From Squalus acanthias (Eukaryota): a DNA stretch of 64,000 nucleotides. The stretch spans positions 153,948,001-154,012,000 of the forward strand of contig CM059431.1 in assembly GCA_030390025.1 (NCBI GenBank), written 5' to 3'. Shown piece after piece: positions 48,569 through 60,716 of this stretch (position 1 is the first letter of the stretch; every line of letters begins with the position of its first letter). Below the pieces are notes generated by a model that saw nothing but the letters and a program-made list of their open reading frames with translations, did not search any database and had not been told where the DNA came from. Made by a program: the position numbers and the translations under genes.

Positions 48569-49299
48569 CTCAAGAAGACTGGAATACATAGGGTTGGAAG
48601 TTATGATATAGTTCTACAGAGCTCTGGTTAGACCCTATGTTATTGTGCTCAGTGCTGGGAACCGCACCTCAATAGGATATAATGGCCTTGCAGGGGATGC
48701 AGTGCAGATTCACCAGATTGATACCGGGGCTAAAAAATTGCAACTTGAGGACAGATTGCATGTACTAGCTTTGTATTCTCTTGTGTTTAGAAGATTAAGT
48801 GGTGACACAATTGATGTGTTTAAGATGATTAAATGATTTGAAAGATAAGCTCGACATAAACTATTTCCTCTGGTGGAGGAGTCCAGAACTGGGGAGCAGA
48901 AACTTAAAATTAGAGCTAGGTCGTTCAGCATGATGCCAGGAAATGCTTCTTCACACAAAGTTTTGTGGAAAGACTGGAACTCTCTCCCCAAAAAGAAGCT
49001 AATGTTAGGTCAATTGAAATTTTCAAAACATAAATTGTAAGATGTTTGTTAGGTAAGGTTATTAAAGGATATGGAACTGTAAACATGGAGGGCGAAATAT
49101 ACCTGATATACAGATCAGCAATGCTCTAACTGAATGGCGGGGAAGGCCCGAGTAGAGGAATGGCTTACTCGTACTCCTATGTTATACACATCTCCCGATT
49201 TTCTTTTCTCGGTGCACTTATTTTGCGTCCCACAGAAGTCGAATTTCACCCCATATCTTTATTGTACTCTAAAATAGCAATCTGTAAATTGGGAATTCT

Positions 49300-50852
49300 C
49301 CTAATTCATCTACAGTTATAACATATCTTCCAGCCATTGCTGATGTCAGCAGTTCCCTTTTCTATTGGCTTTCTATCCCATCGGAGACCTATCCCTGTTA
49401 TTCTCCGATCCGGTTCAAATTTTATTACATTTACAAATTTCGTGTCAGTTGCAAACTGTAAATTGATGGTCTGCATACCCAAGTCCAGCTCAGTAACATG
49501 TATCAAAAAGTGCAGCGGTCCTACTACCGGCCGTTGGAGGATACTTATACATTCCTCCTGTCTGAAAACAATCATTTACCTTATCTCGCTGCTCTCTGTC
49601 CCTTAGCTGATCGCCTGCCCGTTTTCTACTGTTACTTTAATCGCATGGTCTTCAATTTTGATACGAAGTCTATTACGTGCTACTTTGTCTAACGACTTTC
49701 GAAAGCCCATATGCACAACATAAGAACATTAGAACATAAGACGTAGGAACAGGAGTAGGTCATTTGGCTCCTCGAGCCTGCTCAGCCATTCAATAATATC
49801 ATGGCTGATCTAATCTTGGCCTCAACTCCAATTCCCTGCCCGCTCCCCATAACCCTTGATACCTTACCATTCAAAAATCTCTCTATCTCCACCTTAAATA
49901 TATTCAATGACACAGCCTCCAAAGCTCTCTGGGGGAGAGAATTCCAAAGATTCACGTCCCTCTGAGAGAAGAAATTCCTCCTCATTTCCGTTTTAAATGG
50001 GTGCCCCCATTTTCTGAATTTATGCCCCCTAGTTCTAGATTCTCCCACGAGGGGAAACATCCTCTCTGCATCTACACTGTCAAGCCCATTCAGAATCGTA
50101 TATGTTTCAGTAAGATCCGCTCTCATTCTTCTAAACTCCAATGAGTATAGTCCCAACCCACTCAACCTTTCTTCATAAGACAACCCCTTCATCTCCGGAA
50201 TCAACCTCGTGAACGTTCTCTGAACTGCTTCCAGTGCAAGTATATCCTTCCCTATATAAGGAGACGAAAACTATGCACGCCTCCAGGTGTGGTTTCACCA
50301 ACGCCCTGTAAAGTTGTAACAGGTCTACCCTACTTTTGTACTCCATTCCCTTTGCAATAAAGGCCAACATTCCATTTGCCTTCCTAATTACTTGCTGTAC
50401 ATGCACGCTAACTTTTTATGATTCATGTACAAGGACCCCCAGATTCCTCTGTACCTCAGCATTTTGTAATCTCTCCCCATTTAAATAATATTTTTTTTAA
50501 ACTTTTCCTACCAACGGAGATAACCTCGCATGTTCCCACTTATGCTCCATCTGCCAGTTTTGTGTCCACTCACTTAGCCTATCTATATACCTTTGGTGAT
50601 TCTTTGCGTCCTCCACACAATTTACTTTCCCACCTATCTTTGTATCATCAGCAAATTTGGCTACTATACACTCAGTCTCTTCATCCAAGACATTAATATA
50701 GATTGTAAATAGACCACAGAACTGATCCCTGCGGCACCCCACTAGTTACAGTTTGCAAACCTGAAAATGACCCATTTATCCCGTCCCTGTTTTCTGTTAG
50801 TTAGCCAATCCTCTATCCATGCTAATACATTACCACCAACCCCGTGAGCTCT
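49300..50852 (-). mobile_element. Two decayed CR1 RT fragments (49300-49718 and 49718-50852)
   Basis: Minus ORFs 49306-49575, 49782-50204, 50173-50406 and 50497-50742. Confidence 0.85.
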
Positions 50853-50901
50853 TCCACATCAACCACAGTGCCCTCATAAATCATAAAATAAATAAAAATA
50901 A

Positions 50902-50973
50902 TTTCGTGACTGTGTTTCGAACTCGAATTTAGGCTGTGAAAGAGCCGAATCCTAACCATGAGACCACGAGGAA
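50902..50973 (-). pseudogene. tRNA-Glu(TTC) pseudogene
   Basis: 72 nt TTCCTCGTGGTCTCATGGTTAGGATTCGGCTCTTTCACAGCC...GAGTTCGAAAC... colinear with vertebrate tRNA-Glu, with stem mismatches. Confidence 0.75.
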
Positions 50974-51009
50974 ACGTTTGCCTTCTGTCATATTTTAAGA
51001 GTTGTTTTC

Positions 51010-54000
51010 TATCATAGAATGGTTACTGCATGGAAGAAGGCCATTCGGCTCGTCAAGCCCATGCCGGCTCTCTGCAAGAGCACTTCAGCTTGACCCACAC
51101 CCCCACCCGTTCTCCATAGCCCTGCAAATTTATTTCCTTCAGATACTTATCCAACTCCCTTTTGAAAGCCGTGATTGAATGTACCCCCACCCCCTGTTCA
51201 GGCAGTGCATTCCAGATCCTAACCATTCGCTGCTTAAAAAAGTTTTTTTCTTACGTCGCCTTTGTTTATTTTGCCAATCACCTTAATTCTGTGTCCTCTG
51301 GTTCTCGACCCTTCCGCCAATGAGAACAGTTTCTCTCTATCTTCTCTGTCCAGATTCCTCATGATTTTGAACACCTCAATACAATCTCCTCTAAGCCTTC
51401 TCTGCTCTCAGGAGAACAAACCCAGCTTCTCCAGTCTATCCACGTAATTGAAGTCACTCATAGAGTCATAGAGTTATACAGCACGGATAGAGGCCCTTCG
51501 GCCTATCGTGTCCGCGCCGGCCATCAAGCCCTGTCTAATCTAATCCCATATTCCAGCATTTGGTCCGTAGCCTTGTATGCTATGGCATTTCAAGTGCTCA
51601 TCCAAATGCTTCTTGAATATTGTGAGGGTTCCTGCCTCCACAACCCTTTCAGGCAGTGAGTTCCAGACTCTAACCACCCTCTGGGTGAAAAAGTTCTTTC
51701 TCAAATCCCTTCTAAACCTCCCGCCCTTTACCTTGAATCTATGCCCCCTTTTTATAGACCCCTCTACTAAGGGAAAAAGCTCCTTAGTATCCATCCTATC
51801 TATGCCGCACATAATTTTGTACACTTCAATTATTTCCCCCCCCCCCCACCCCCAGCCTCCTCTGCTCCAAGGAAAACATACCCAATCTGAGCAGTCTCTC
51901 TTCACAGCTGAAGCACTCCAGCCCGGGTAACATTCTGGTGAATCTCCTCTGCACCCTCTCCAAAGCTACCACATCCTTCCTGTAGTGTGGCGTCCAGAAC
52001 TGCACACAGTATTCCAGATGTGGCCTAACCAGTGTTTTATACAGCTCCATCATAACCTCCTTGCTCTTATATTCTATGCCTCGGCTAATGAATGGAAGTA
52101 TCCCATATGCCTTTTTTATCACCTTATCCACCTGTTCCGCCGCCTTCTGGGATTTGTGTACTTGCACACCAAGATCCCTCTGACCCTCCGTCTTGCATTG
52201 GGTCTTACCATTCATTGTGTATTCCCTTGCCTTGTTAATCCTTCCAAAGTGCATCACCTCGCTCTTTTCCGGATTAAATTCCATTTGCCACTGTTCCGCA
52301 TGTCTGACCAACCCATCTATATCGTCCTGCAGACTGAGGCTACCCTCCTCGCTATTTACCACCCTACCAATTTTTGCATCATCCGCGATCTTACTGATCA
52401 TACCTTTTACATTCATATCCAAGTCGTTAATGTAGACCACAAACAGCAAAGGACCCAGCACCGATTCCTGTGGTACCCCACTGGCCACAGGCTTCCAGTC
52501 AAAAAAACATCCTTCGACCATCACCCTCTGCCTTCTGCCACTGAGCCAGTTTTGTATCCAATGTGCCAAGGCACCCTGGATTCCATGGGCTCTTACCTTC
52601 TTGACCAGTCTCCTGTGCGGGACTTTATCGAAGGCCTTACTGAAATCCATGTATACCACATCCACTGCGTTACCCTCATCCATACACCTGGTTACCCGCT
52701 CAAAAAATGAAATCAAATTAGTCAGACAGGATCTTCCCTTGACAAAACCATGTTGGCTAGCCCTGATTAATCCTTGCCTCTCCAAGTGGAGACTGATTTT
52801 GTCACTCAGAATTTTTTCCAATAATTTTCCTACCACTGATGTTAGGCTCACTGCCCTGAAGTTCCCCGGTTTTTCCCTACTCCCTTTCTTGAATAATGGT
52901 ACTACATTAGCGGTTCTCCAGTCCTCTGGCACATCCCCTGTGGCCACAGAGGTTCTGAATATATGTGTTAGAGCCCCCGCAATCTCCTCCTCTGCCTCAC
53001 ACAGCAGCCTGGGATACATTTCGTGCGGGCCTGGGGATTTATCCATTTTTAGACCTGCTAAAACCGCCAATACCTCCTCACTCTGGATGTTAAAATGTTC
53101 GAGTATATCACAGTCCCCCTGCCCTAAATTTATGTCTGCATCGTCCTTCTCCATAGTGAAAACAGATGCAAAAAATTCACTTAGAACCCCACCTACATCT
53201 TCTGGCTCCACATACAGATTGCCACTTTTGTCCCTAATGGGCCCTATTTTTTCTCTAGTTATCCTCTTACCCTTAATATACTTATAAATCATCTTAGAAT
53301 TTTCCTTTATTTTGCTCGCCAGTGTTATTTCATGGCCCCTCTTTGATCTCCTTATTTCTTTTTTAAGAATCCCCCTGCACTTTTTGTACTCCTCTAGTGC
53401 TTCCTCCGTCTTTAGCATTTTGTATCTGCCAAAAGCCCTAATTTTTTTCCTGATCCACTCTCGTATATCCCCTGACATCCAAGGTTCCCTGCGGTTTTTG
53501 GAACCACCCTTGACCTTTACGGGAACATGCTGCCATTGTATGATCTCAAATTCCCTTCTGAAAGAATCCCATTGCCCGGATGCGGATTTTCCTAAAAGCA
53601 GCTGATCCCAGTCCCTTTTGGCCAGATCCTGCCTTATCCTATTAAAATCGGCCTTCCCCCAATTTAGAACCTTTATTCCCGGCCCATCCCTGTCCTTTTC
53701 CATGACCACCTTAAATCTCATCGTATAAAGATCACTGTCACCAAAGTACTCACCTACTAGCACTTCTTCCACTTGGCCGGCCACATTCCCTAGAATTAGG
53801 TCCAGTACCGCCCCCTCTCTTGTAGGACTTTCTACATGCTGGCTCAAAAAGCTCTCCGTGATGCACTTTAAGAATTTTGAACCCTCTAAGCCTTTCACAC
53901 TCTGACTATCCCAGTTAATATTGGGGAAGTTGTAATCCCCCATTGTTATTACTCTATAATTTGCACATTTTTCTGAGATTTGCCTGCATATCTGTTCCTC

Positions 54001-54480
54001 TATCTCCCCCTGACTGTTTGGGGGCCTATAGTACGCTCCAAGCAAAGTGATTGCCCCCTTTTTGTTTTTAAGCTCCATCCATATAGCCTCATTGGAGGAA
54101 CCTGCTAATATATCGTATCTCCTTATGGCAGTCATTGAGTCCTTAATTAATATTGCGACACTCCTTCCTCTTATACCTCCCCCTCTGTCTCGCCTGAAGA
54201 TTCTGTACCCCAGAATATTGAGCTGCCAGTCTTGCCCCTCCCTCAACCATGTCTCCGTGATAGCATATATACTTTTCTGCACCCTCTCTAAGGCCATCAC
54301 ATCCTTCCTAAAGTCCGGTGCCCAGAACTGGACACAATACCCCAGTTGAGGCCGAACCAGTGTTTTAAACAGGTTCATCATAAATTCCATGCTTTTGTAC
54401 TCGATACCTCAATTCATGAAGCCCAGGATCCGGTAAGCATTTTACCTGCTTTTTCAACCTGTTGTGCCACCTTCAATGAT
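51010..54480 (-). mobile_element. Young CR1 (~51459-54268) nested in an older same-strand CR1 3' fragment
   Basis: 854-codon ORF 54390-51826 with EN and RT motifs; CATAGAGT tail at ~51459; host CR1 at 51010-51458 and 54269-54480. Confidence 0.92.
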
Positions 54481-55500
54481 TGGTGCCAGGATACCCATCC
54501 ATGACCCTACTACCAAACATCAAGCCACCGTTTCCAAGACTGTCACTGACCACATCTCCTCTGGAGATCTTCCCTCGATGGCCGCCAACATCATAGTTCC
54601 CCAACCACGCACAGCACGTTTCTACCTCCTTCCTAAGATCCACAACCCATCGTTTCAGCCTGTTTTTGCCCCACGGAACTTATCTCTTCCTATCTCGACT
54701 CTATTTTTTCTCCCCTTGTCCAGTCTCTTCCCACCTATATCCGCAACTCTTCCGACGCCCTCCACCACTTTTGCAGTTTCCAGTTTCATGGCCCCAACCG
54801 TCTCCAGTTCATTATGGACGTCCAATCCCTCTACACATCCATCCCCCACCAGGATGGCCTGAGGGCGCTCTGCTTCTTCCTTGAACAAAAGCCGAACCAG
54901 TCCCCTTCCAGCAACACCCTCCTGCGCCTGGCTGAACGTGTTCTCAAATTGAAAACCTTCTCTTTTGACTTCACTCACTTCCTCCAAATTAAAATTGATG
55001 CGATGGGAACCCACATGGGTCCTAGCTATGCCTGCCTTTTCGTGGGGTATGTGGAACATTCTTTGTTCCAGTCGTACACAGGTCTCTTCCCTCACCTCTT
55101 TTTCCGGTACATTGATGACTGTATTGGTGCTGTTTCCTGCTCTCGCCCTGAACTAGAACATTTCACTCACTTTGCTTCCACTTTCCACCCTTACCTCACC
55201 TTCACATGCTCCATCTCCGACTCCTCCCTTCCCTTCCTCGACTTCGCTGTATTCATCTATGGGGATAAGCTATCGACAAACATTCACTATAAGCCGACTG
55301 GCTCCCACCCCGTTTCCTGTAAGTACTCTATTCTATTCTCCCAGTTTCTCCGTCTCCACCGCATCTGCTCTAACGATGCCACCTTCTAAAGAAATGTTTC
55401 CGACATGTCTTCCTTTTTCCTCAACCGAGGATTCCCCTCTACTGTAGTTGACACAGCTCTTGACTGTGTCCGTTCTATTTCTCGCACTTCTGCTCTCACC
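54480..55500 (+). mobile_element. Penelope-like element RT fragment
   Basis: RTARFYLLPKIH, MDVQSLYTSIPH, MGTHMGPSYACLF, FRYIDD, LPFLD and SQFLRLHRICS. Confidence 0.88.
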
Positions 55501-57478
55501 GTTCGCCTCCAGATACAAAGGACTAAAAACAGTGGAAGCCCTAGAGGAGTACAGAAAGTGCAGGGGGGTACATTAAAAAGAAATTAGGAGAGCGAAGAGG
55601 GGGCATGAAAATCACTGGCAGGCAAAAAAAGTGAAAAGCCGAAGTTGTTTTGTAAGTACATTAAGGGCAAGAGGATAACCAGGGAAAGAATAGGTCCAAT
55701 TAGGGACGAAAGTGGAAATCTGTGTGTAGAGCCGGGAGATGTAGGTGAATTTTTAAATGAATATTTTGCAGCTGTGTTCACTATGGAGAAGGACGATGTA
55801 GGCATAGAAATCAGGCAGGCGGATTGTGATATACTTGAACAAATTAGCATTGAGAGGGTGGAGGTACGAGCGGTTTTAGCTGACATAAAAGTGGATAAAT
55901 CCCCAGGCCCAAGACGAGATGTATCCCAGGCTGCTGTGTGAGGAAAGGGAGGAGATTGCAGGGGCTATGACACAAATTTTCTGAACCTCTCTGGCCACAG
56001 AGGACGTGCCAGAGGACTGGATGACAGCTAACGTAGTACCATTATTCAAGAAGGGTAGTAGGGATAAACCATGGAATTACAGGCTATTGTGCCTAACATC
56101 AGTCCTAGGGAAATTATTGGAAAAAATTCTGAGGGACAGAATTAGTATCCACTTGGAGAGGCAAGGATTAGTCAAGGATAGTCTGCATGGCTTTGTCAGG
56201 GTGAGATCATGTCTGACCAATTTGATTGAACTTTTCGAGTATGTGATTAGGTGTGTGGATGAGGGTAGTGCAGTTGATGTAGTCTACATGTACTTCGGTA
56301 AGGCTTTTGACAAGGTCCCTCATGGGAGATGGGTCAAGAAGGTGATAACCCATGAGATCCAGGGCAATTTGGCACATTGGATCCAAAATTGGCTTAGTGG
56401 CAGAAGGCAGAGGGTGATGGTCGAAGGTTGTTTTTGTGACTGGATACTCGTGTCCAGTGGTGTACCGCGGGGATCTGTGCTGGGTCTCTTGCTGTTTGTA
56501 GTGTACATTGATGATTTAGATATGAATGTAGGAGGTATGATCAGTAAGTTCGCAGATGACACGAAAATTGGTGGAGTGGTAAATAGCGCGGAGGGAAGCC
56601 TCAGGCTACCGGACGATATAGACAGGTTGCTCAGATGGGCAGAACAGTGGCAAATGGAATCTAACACTGAAAAGTGTGAGGTGATGCATTTTGGGAGGTC
56701 TGACAAGGCAAGGGAATTCACAATGAATGGTAGGACCCTAGGAAGGACAGAGCATCAGAGGGAACTTGCTGTGCATGTACATAGATCCCTGAAGGCAGCA
56801 GGACAGGTAGATAAGGAGGTTAAGAAGGCATATGGGATACTTGCCTTCATTAGCCGAGGCACAGAATATAAGAGCAGTGAAGTTATGATGAAGCTGTACA
56901 AAATGCTAGTTCGTCCACAGATGGAATACTGAATGCAGTTCTGGTCGCCACACTATAGAAAGGATGTGATTGCATTGTAGAGGGTGCAGAGGAGATTCAC
57001 CAGGATGTCACCTGGGCTTGAGCGCTTCAGCTATGAAGAGAGACTGGACAGGCTGGGGTTGTTTTCCTTGAAACAGAGAAGGCTGAGTGGGGTCCTGATT
57101 GAGCTGTACAACATTATGAGGGGCACAGATATGGTCGATAGAACTGAACTTTTCCCCTTAGTAGCGGGGTCAATCACCGGGGACATAGTTTCAAGCTAAG
57201 GGGCAGGAGGTTTAGAGAGGATTGGAGGAAAAACCTTTTCACCCAGAGCGTGGTTGGAATCTGGAACTCACTGCCTGAAAGGGTGGCAGATGCAGGAAGC
57301 CTCACAACATTCAAGTAGCATTTAGATGAGCATTTGAAACTCCATAGCACACAATGCTACGGAACAAGTCCTGGAAAATGGGATTAGAGCAGACAGGGCT
57401 TGATGGCCGGCGCGAACACGGTGGGCCGTAGGGCCTCTTTCTGTGCTGTATAACTCTATGACTCTTTGACTCTATGAC
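55500..57478 (+). mobile_element. 5'-truncated CR1, related to 51459-54268
   Basis: ORFs 55645-55941, 56006-56932 and 56984-57199; (ACTCTATG)n tail. Confidence 0.92.
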
Positions 57479-57881
57479 ACGCCCACAAAATTTGTCACAT
57501 CTAAGCCACACCCACAGAGACTTCCTGCAGTCCCTTCCATTGAAATTATATTTTAAAAACTTTTAATTAAACTGGTACTTGGACTTATTTCATATAATCA
57601 GCATTTTTGTACGATTATGTAACAAAATACCAATAATATTTTGGCATCTGATTTCCACTTGAATGAAACAAATGATAATTTGAGGTCAATCGAAACATTC
57701 TCGTCCTTTTACCGTCAGGGGGTAATAATAATTTAAATATTTACTAAATTGAAATAGATAGTTTATCTGTTCAAACTTCTATTGAGTTTATAACAGTGTC
57801 TATCACTTGGGATTTTTATTAAACTTTACGTTATTTATATTTCATACTAAGAATCTTGTTCCTTTTCTTATTTGCTCTGAG

Positions 57882-57992
57882 GAACATTGAAGAGCGTTGC
57901 AGAGTGTTTTGCCAGCCCAAAGAATTGCTGGTGCTGTACTTCACCGTCCCGGCTTTCAAATTCCGGATGTGTAAATAGTTTATGTAAATCAG
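57882..57992 (+). CDS. Candidate Cys-rich exon (phase 1-1, 111 nt)
   Basis: Pyrimidine tract plus AG (atypical GAG), open frame GTLKSVAECFASPKNCWCCTSPSRLSNSGCVNSLCKS, then CAG|GTAAT donor, in unique AT-rich DNA. Confidence 0.4.
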
Positions 57993-58909
57993 GTAATTTT
58001 TTTTTATTCTTCTAAGGCTAACATTTAATATCCTGTCAAATGTCCATTAGTGAAAAAAATATTAAAATGTCGCAGTAACTTTCCGATGGATTGGGATTCA
58101 GCAGCACAGAAAGGCGTTGGCAATGCTCCTTTTGATTTACTATAAACCATGCACCTAGCACACCAGCTGTGGGGCAGCTTTAACTGTATTATATAAAATA
58201 ATTAAATAGGAAAATGGTTTTATTTCATACATTTGGAGGAAGTATAAATGATCTTTGTCAGATGCCCAGTTCTTGATCATACATTTGGAGTGCAGAAAAC
58301 ATTGATCATTTTAAATATTAACTGTCATATTTTATATTATTATTAATGTTTCTAAATGTTGCCACTAGGGACATGTATTTTATTGTAAAGTGATACCAGA
58401 ACGATTAGCAATCATTTCAGAGGCACTGTGAAATCGGTGGACCGACCACATTCAGCCTACTTCTCTGCTGTAAAAAAAATCACTTTAATTCTTAGGTTAT
58501 TTCAAGTGGTATGTGTTCGGTACATGTAGTTTGTTTCTGTGGGTGGTATTCTGGTAACAGTATCACTTCAATTTTATTTAAACTCACGTGACAATTTGAA
58601 TATTGTGCACGTTTTGGGTTAAAGTTTTATTGCTTGCAACTATATCCGCTGATTGTTCTCAATATTCAACACAACTGGATCCCTTTCACAGTGAAACAGG
58701 CTCCTGCAACTGCTTACACTAACTGTAAAATCTTCATACGTAATTGCCGGGCAGTTAGTGGGCAATTAGCACAACAATATTCCAGTATGAGTATTTCCCC
58801 GTCGGTGCAAATCATCTGTCAAGGCATCGCAAGTTCGGTATTTAGCGCCTATTGAAGCGCATGCGGAAAACGCGAACTTGTGGTCATTTTCAAAGGCGGT
58901 ATGACCGTG

Positions 58910-60480
58910 TACTCTCAGTGTACCTTCTCTGAACTGCTTCCAATGCAAGTATATCCTTCCTTAAATAAGGAGAAAAAAACTGTACACAGTACTCCAGGTG
59001 TGGTCTCACCAACGCCCTCTACAGTTGTAAAAGGACTTCCCTACTTTTATACTCCATTCCCTTTGCAATAATGTCCAACATTCCATTTCCCTTCCTAATT
59101 ACTTGCTGTACCTGCGTGATAACATATTGTGATTCAGGTACAAGGACCCCCAGATACCTTTGTACCTCAGCATTTTGTAATCTCTCCCCATTTATATATA
59201 TTTTTTTTTACTGCCATAGTGGATAACCTCGCATTTTCCCACATTATACTCCATCTGCCAGATTCCTGCCAACTCACTTAGCGTATCTATATCCCTTTAG
59301 AAATTCTTTGCCTCCTCCACACAATTTGCTTTCCCACCTATCTTTGTATCATCAGCAAATTTGGTTGCATTACACTCAGACCCTTCATCCAAGTCATTAA
59401 TATAGATTGTAAATAGTTCAGGCCCATGCACTGATCCCTGCGGCACCCCACTAGTTACAGCTTGCGAACCTGAAAATGACCCATTTATCCCAACTCTCTT
59501 TTTTCTGCTTTTTAGCCAATCATTTATCCATGCTAATTTATGACCTCGAACCCCGTGAGCTCTTATCTTGTGTAGGAGCCTTTTATGTGGCACATTATCG
59601 AATGCCTTATGAAAATCCAAATACACATCTGCTGGTTCGCCTTTATCCACACTGCTCGTTATATCTTCAAAGAACTCCAGCAAATTTGTCAAAAATGATT
59701 TCCCTTTCATAAAACCATGCTGATTCTGCTTGACTATATTACGATTTTCTAAATTTCCTGCTACCACTTCCTTAATGATGGACTCCAGCATTTTCAGAAT
59801 AACAGATATTAGGTAACTGGTCGATAGTTGCCTGCTTTCTGTCTCCTTCCTTTCTTAAATAGGGGCGTTACATTTGCGGTTTTCCAGTCCGCTGTGACCT
59901 CTCCAGAACACAGGGAATTTTGGTAGATTACAACCAATGCAACAACTGTCTCTGCAGCCACCTCTTTTAAGACTCTAGCATGCGGGCTATCGGGACCAGG
60001 GGGCCTGTCCAAATTTAGTTCCATTAATTTGCCTAGTACTTTCTAGTGATATTGATTGTTTGAAGTCCCCCCTAACCCAATTGCCCCTTGATTATCCATT
60101 ATTGGAAAGCTTTTAGTGTTTTCTACCGTGAAGACCGATACAAAATATTTGTTCAATGTTTTTGCCATTCATCTGTTTCCCATTATTAATTCCCCAGACT
60201 CTTCCTCTGGTGGACTAACGTTACTTTAGGTACTATCTTCCTTTTTATATACCTGTAGAAGTTCTTACTGTCTGTTTTTATATGTCTTGCTATCTTAATC
60301 TCATAAGCTATCTTCTCTCTCTATCATTTTTTAGTCATCCATTGCTGGTTTTTAAACATTTCCAATCCTTGGCCTTCCACTATTCTTCGCAACATTACAT
60401 GCTTTTATTCTCAAGTGGACACCATCCTTTACGTTCTTACACATTCACGGATGGTTCATCTTTCTCTTAGAGTCTTTTTT
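58910..60480 (-). mobile_element. Decayed CR1 ORF2 fragment
   Basis: Minus ORFs 59297-59791 and 59809-60024 with RT motifs. Confidence 0.9.
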
Positions 60481-60587
60481 TCTCTGAGTGTTATGAAATA
60501 ACAGCAGCTTTTCGAATTGTTTGAGACTATTTGGACTGTCAATGAATACTTGAAAGACAAAGCTCAAACATATTCTATAATTTACAG

Positions 60588-60716
60588 AGATTGACGATAC
60601 TGCAATAATGAACAAACAAGGCAAGATAATCGTCACGGTTGCAGTCTCATTTGCAATACTGGTGGGAGCAGTAGGAGTTCGGGTGACGTGTTGTTGGCAA
60701 AACCGGAAAAATCGCG
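60588..60716 (+). CDS. Candidate transmembrane exon of a type I membrane protein (phase 1-1, 129 nt)
   Basis: TTTACAG acceptor and G|GTAAG donor. Open frame IDDTAIMNKQGK-IIVTVAVSFAILVGAVGVRVTCCW-QNRKNR gives a hydrophobic span, CC and a basic stop-transfer motif. Confidence 0.65.

Noticed and set aside
51985..53605. Long plus-strand ORFs (241 and 228 aa)
   Set aside because: Antisense shadows of CR1 ORF2; similar shadows occur over every CR1 copy.
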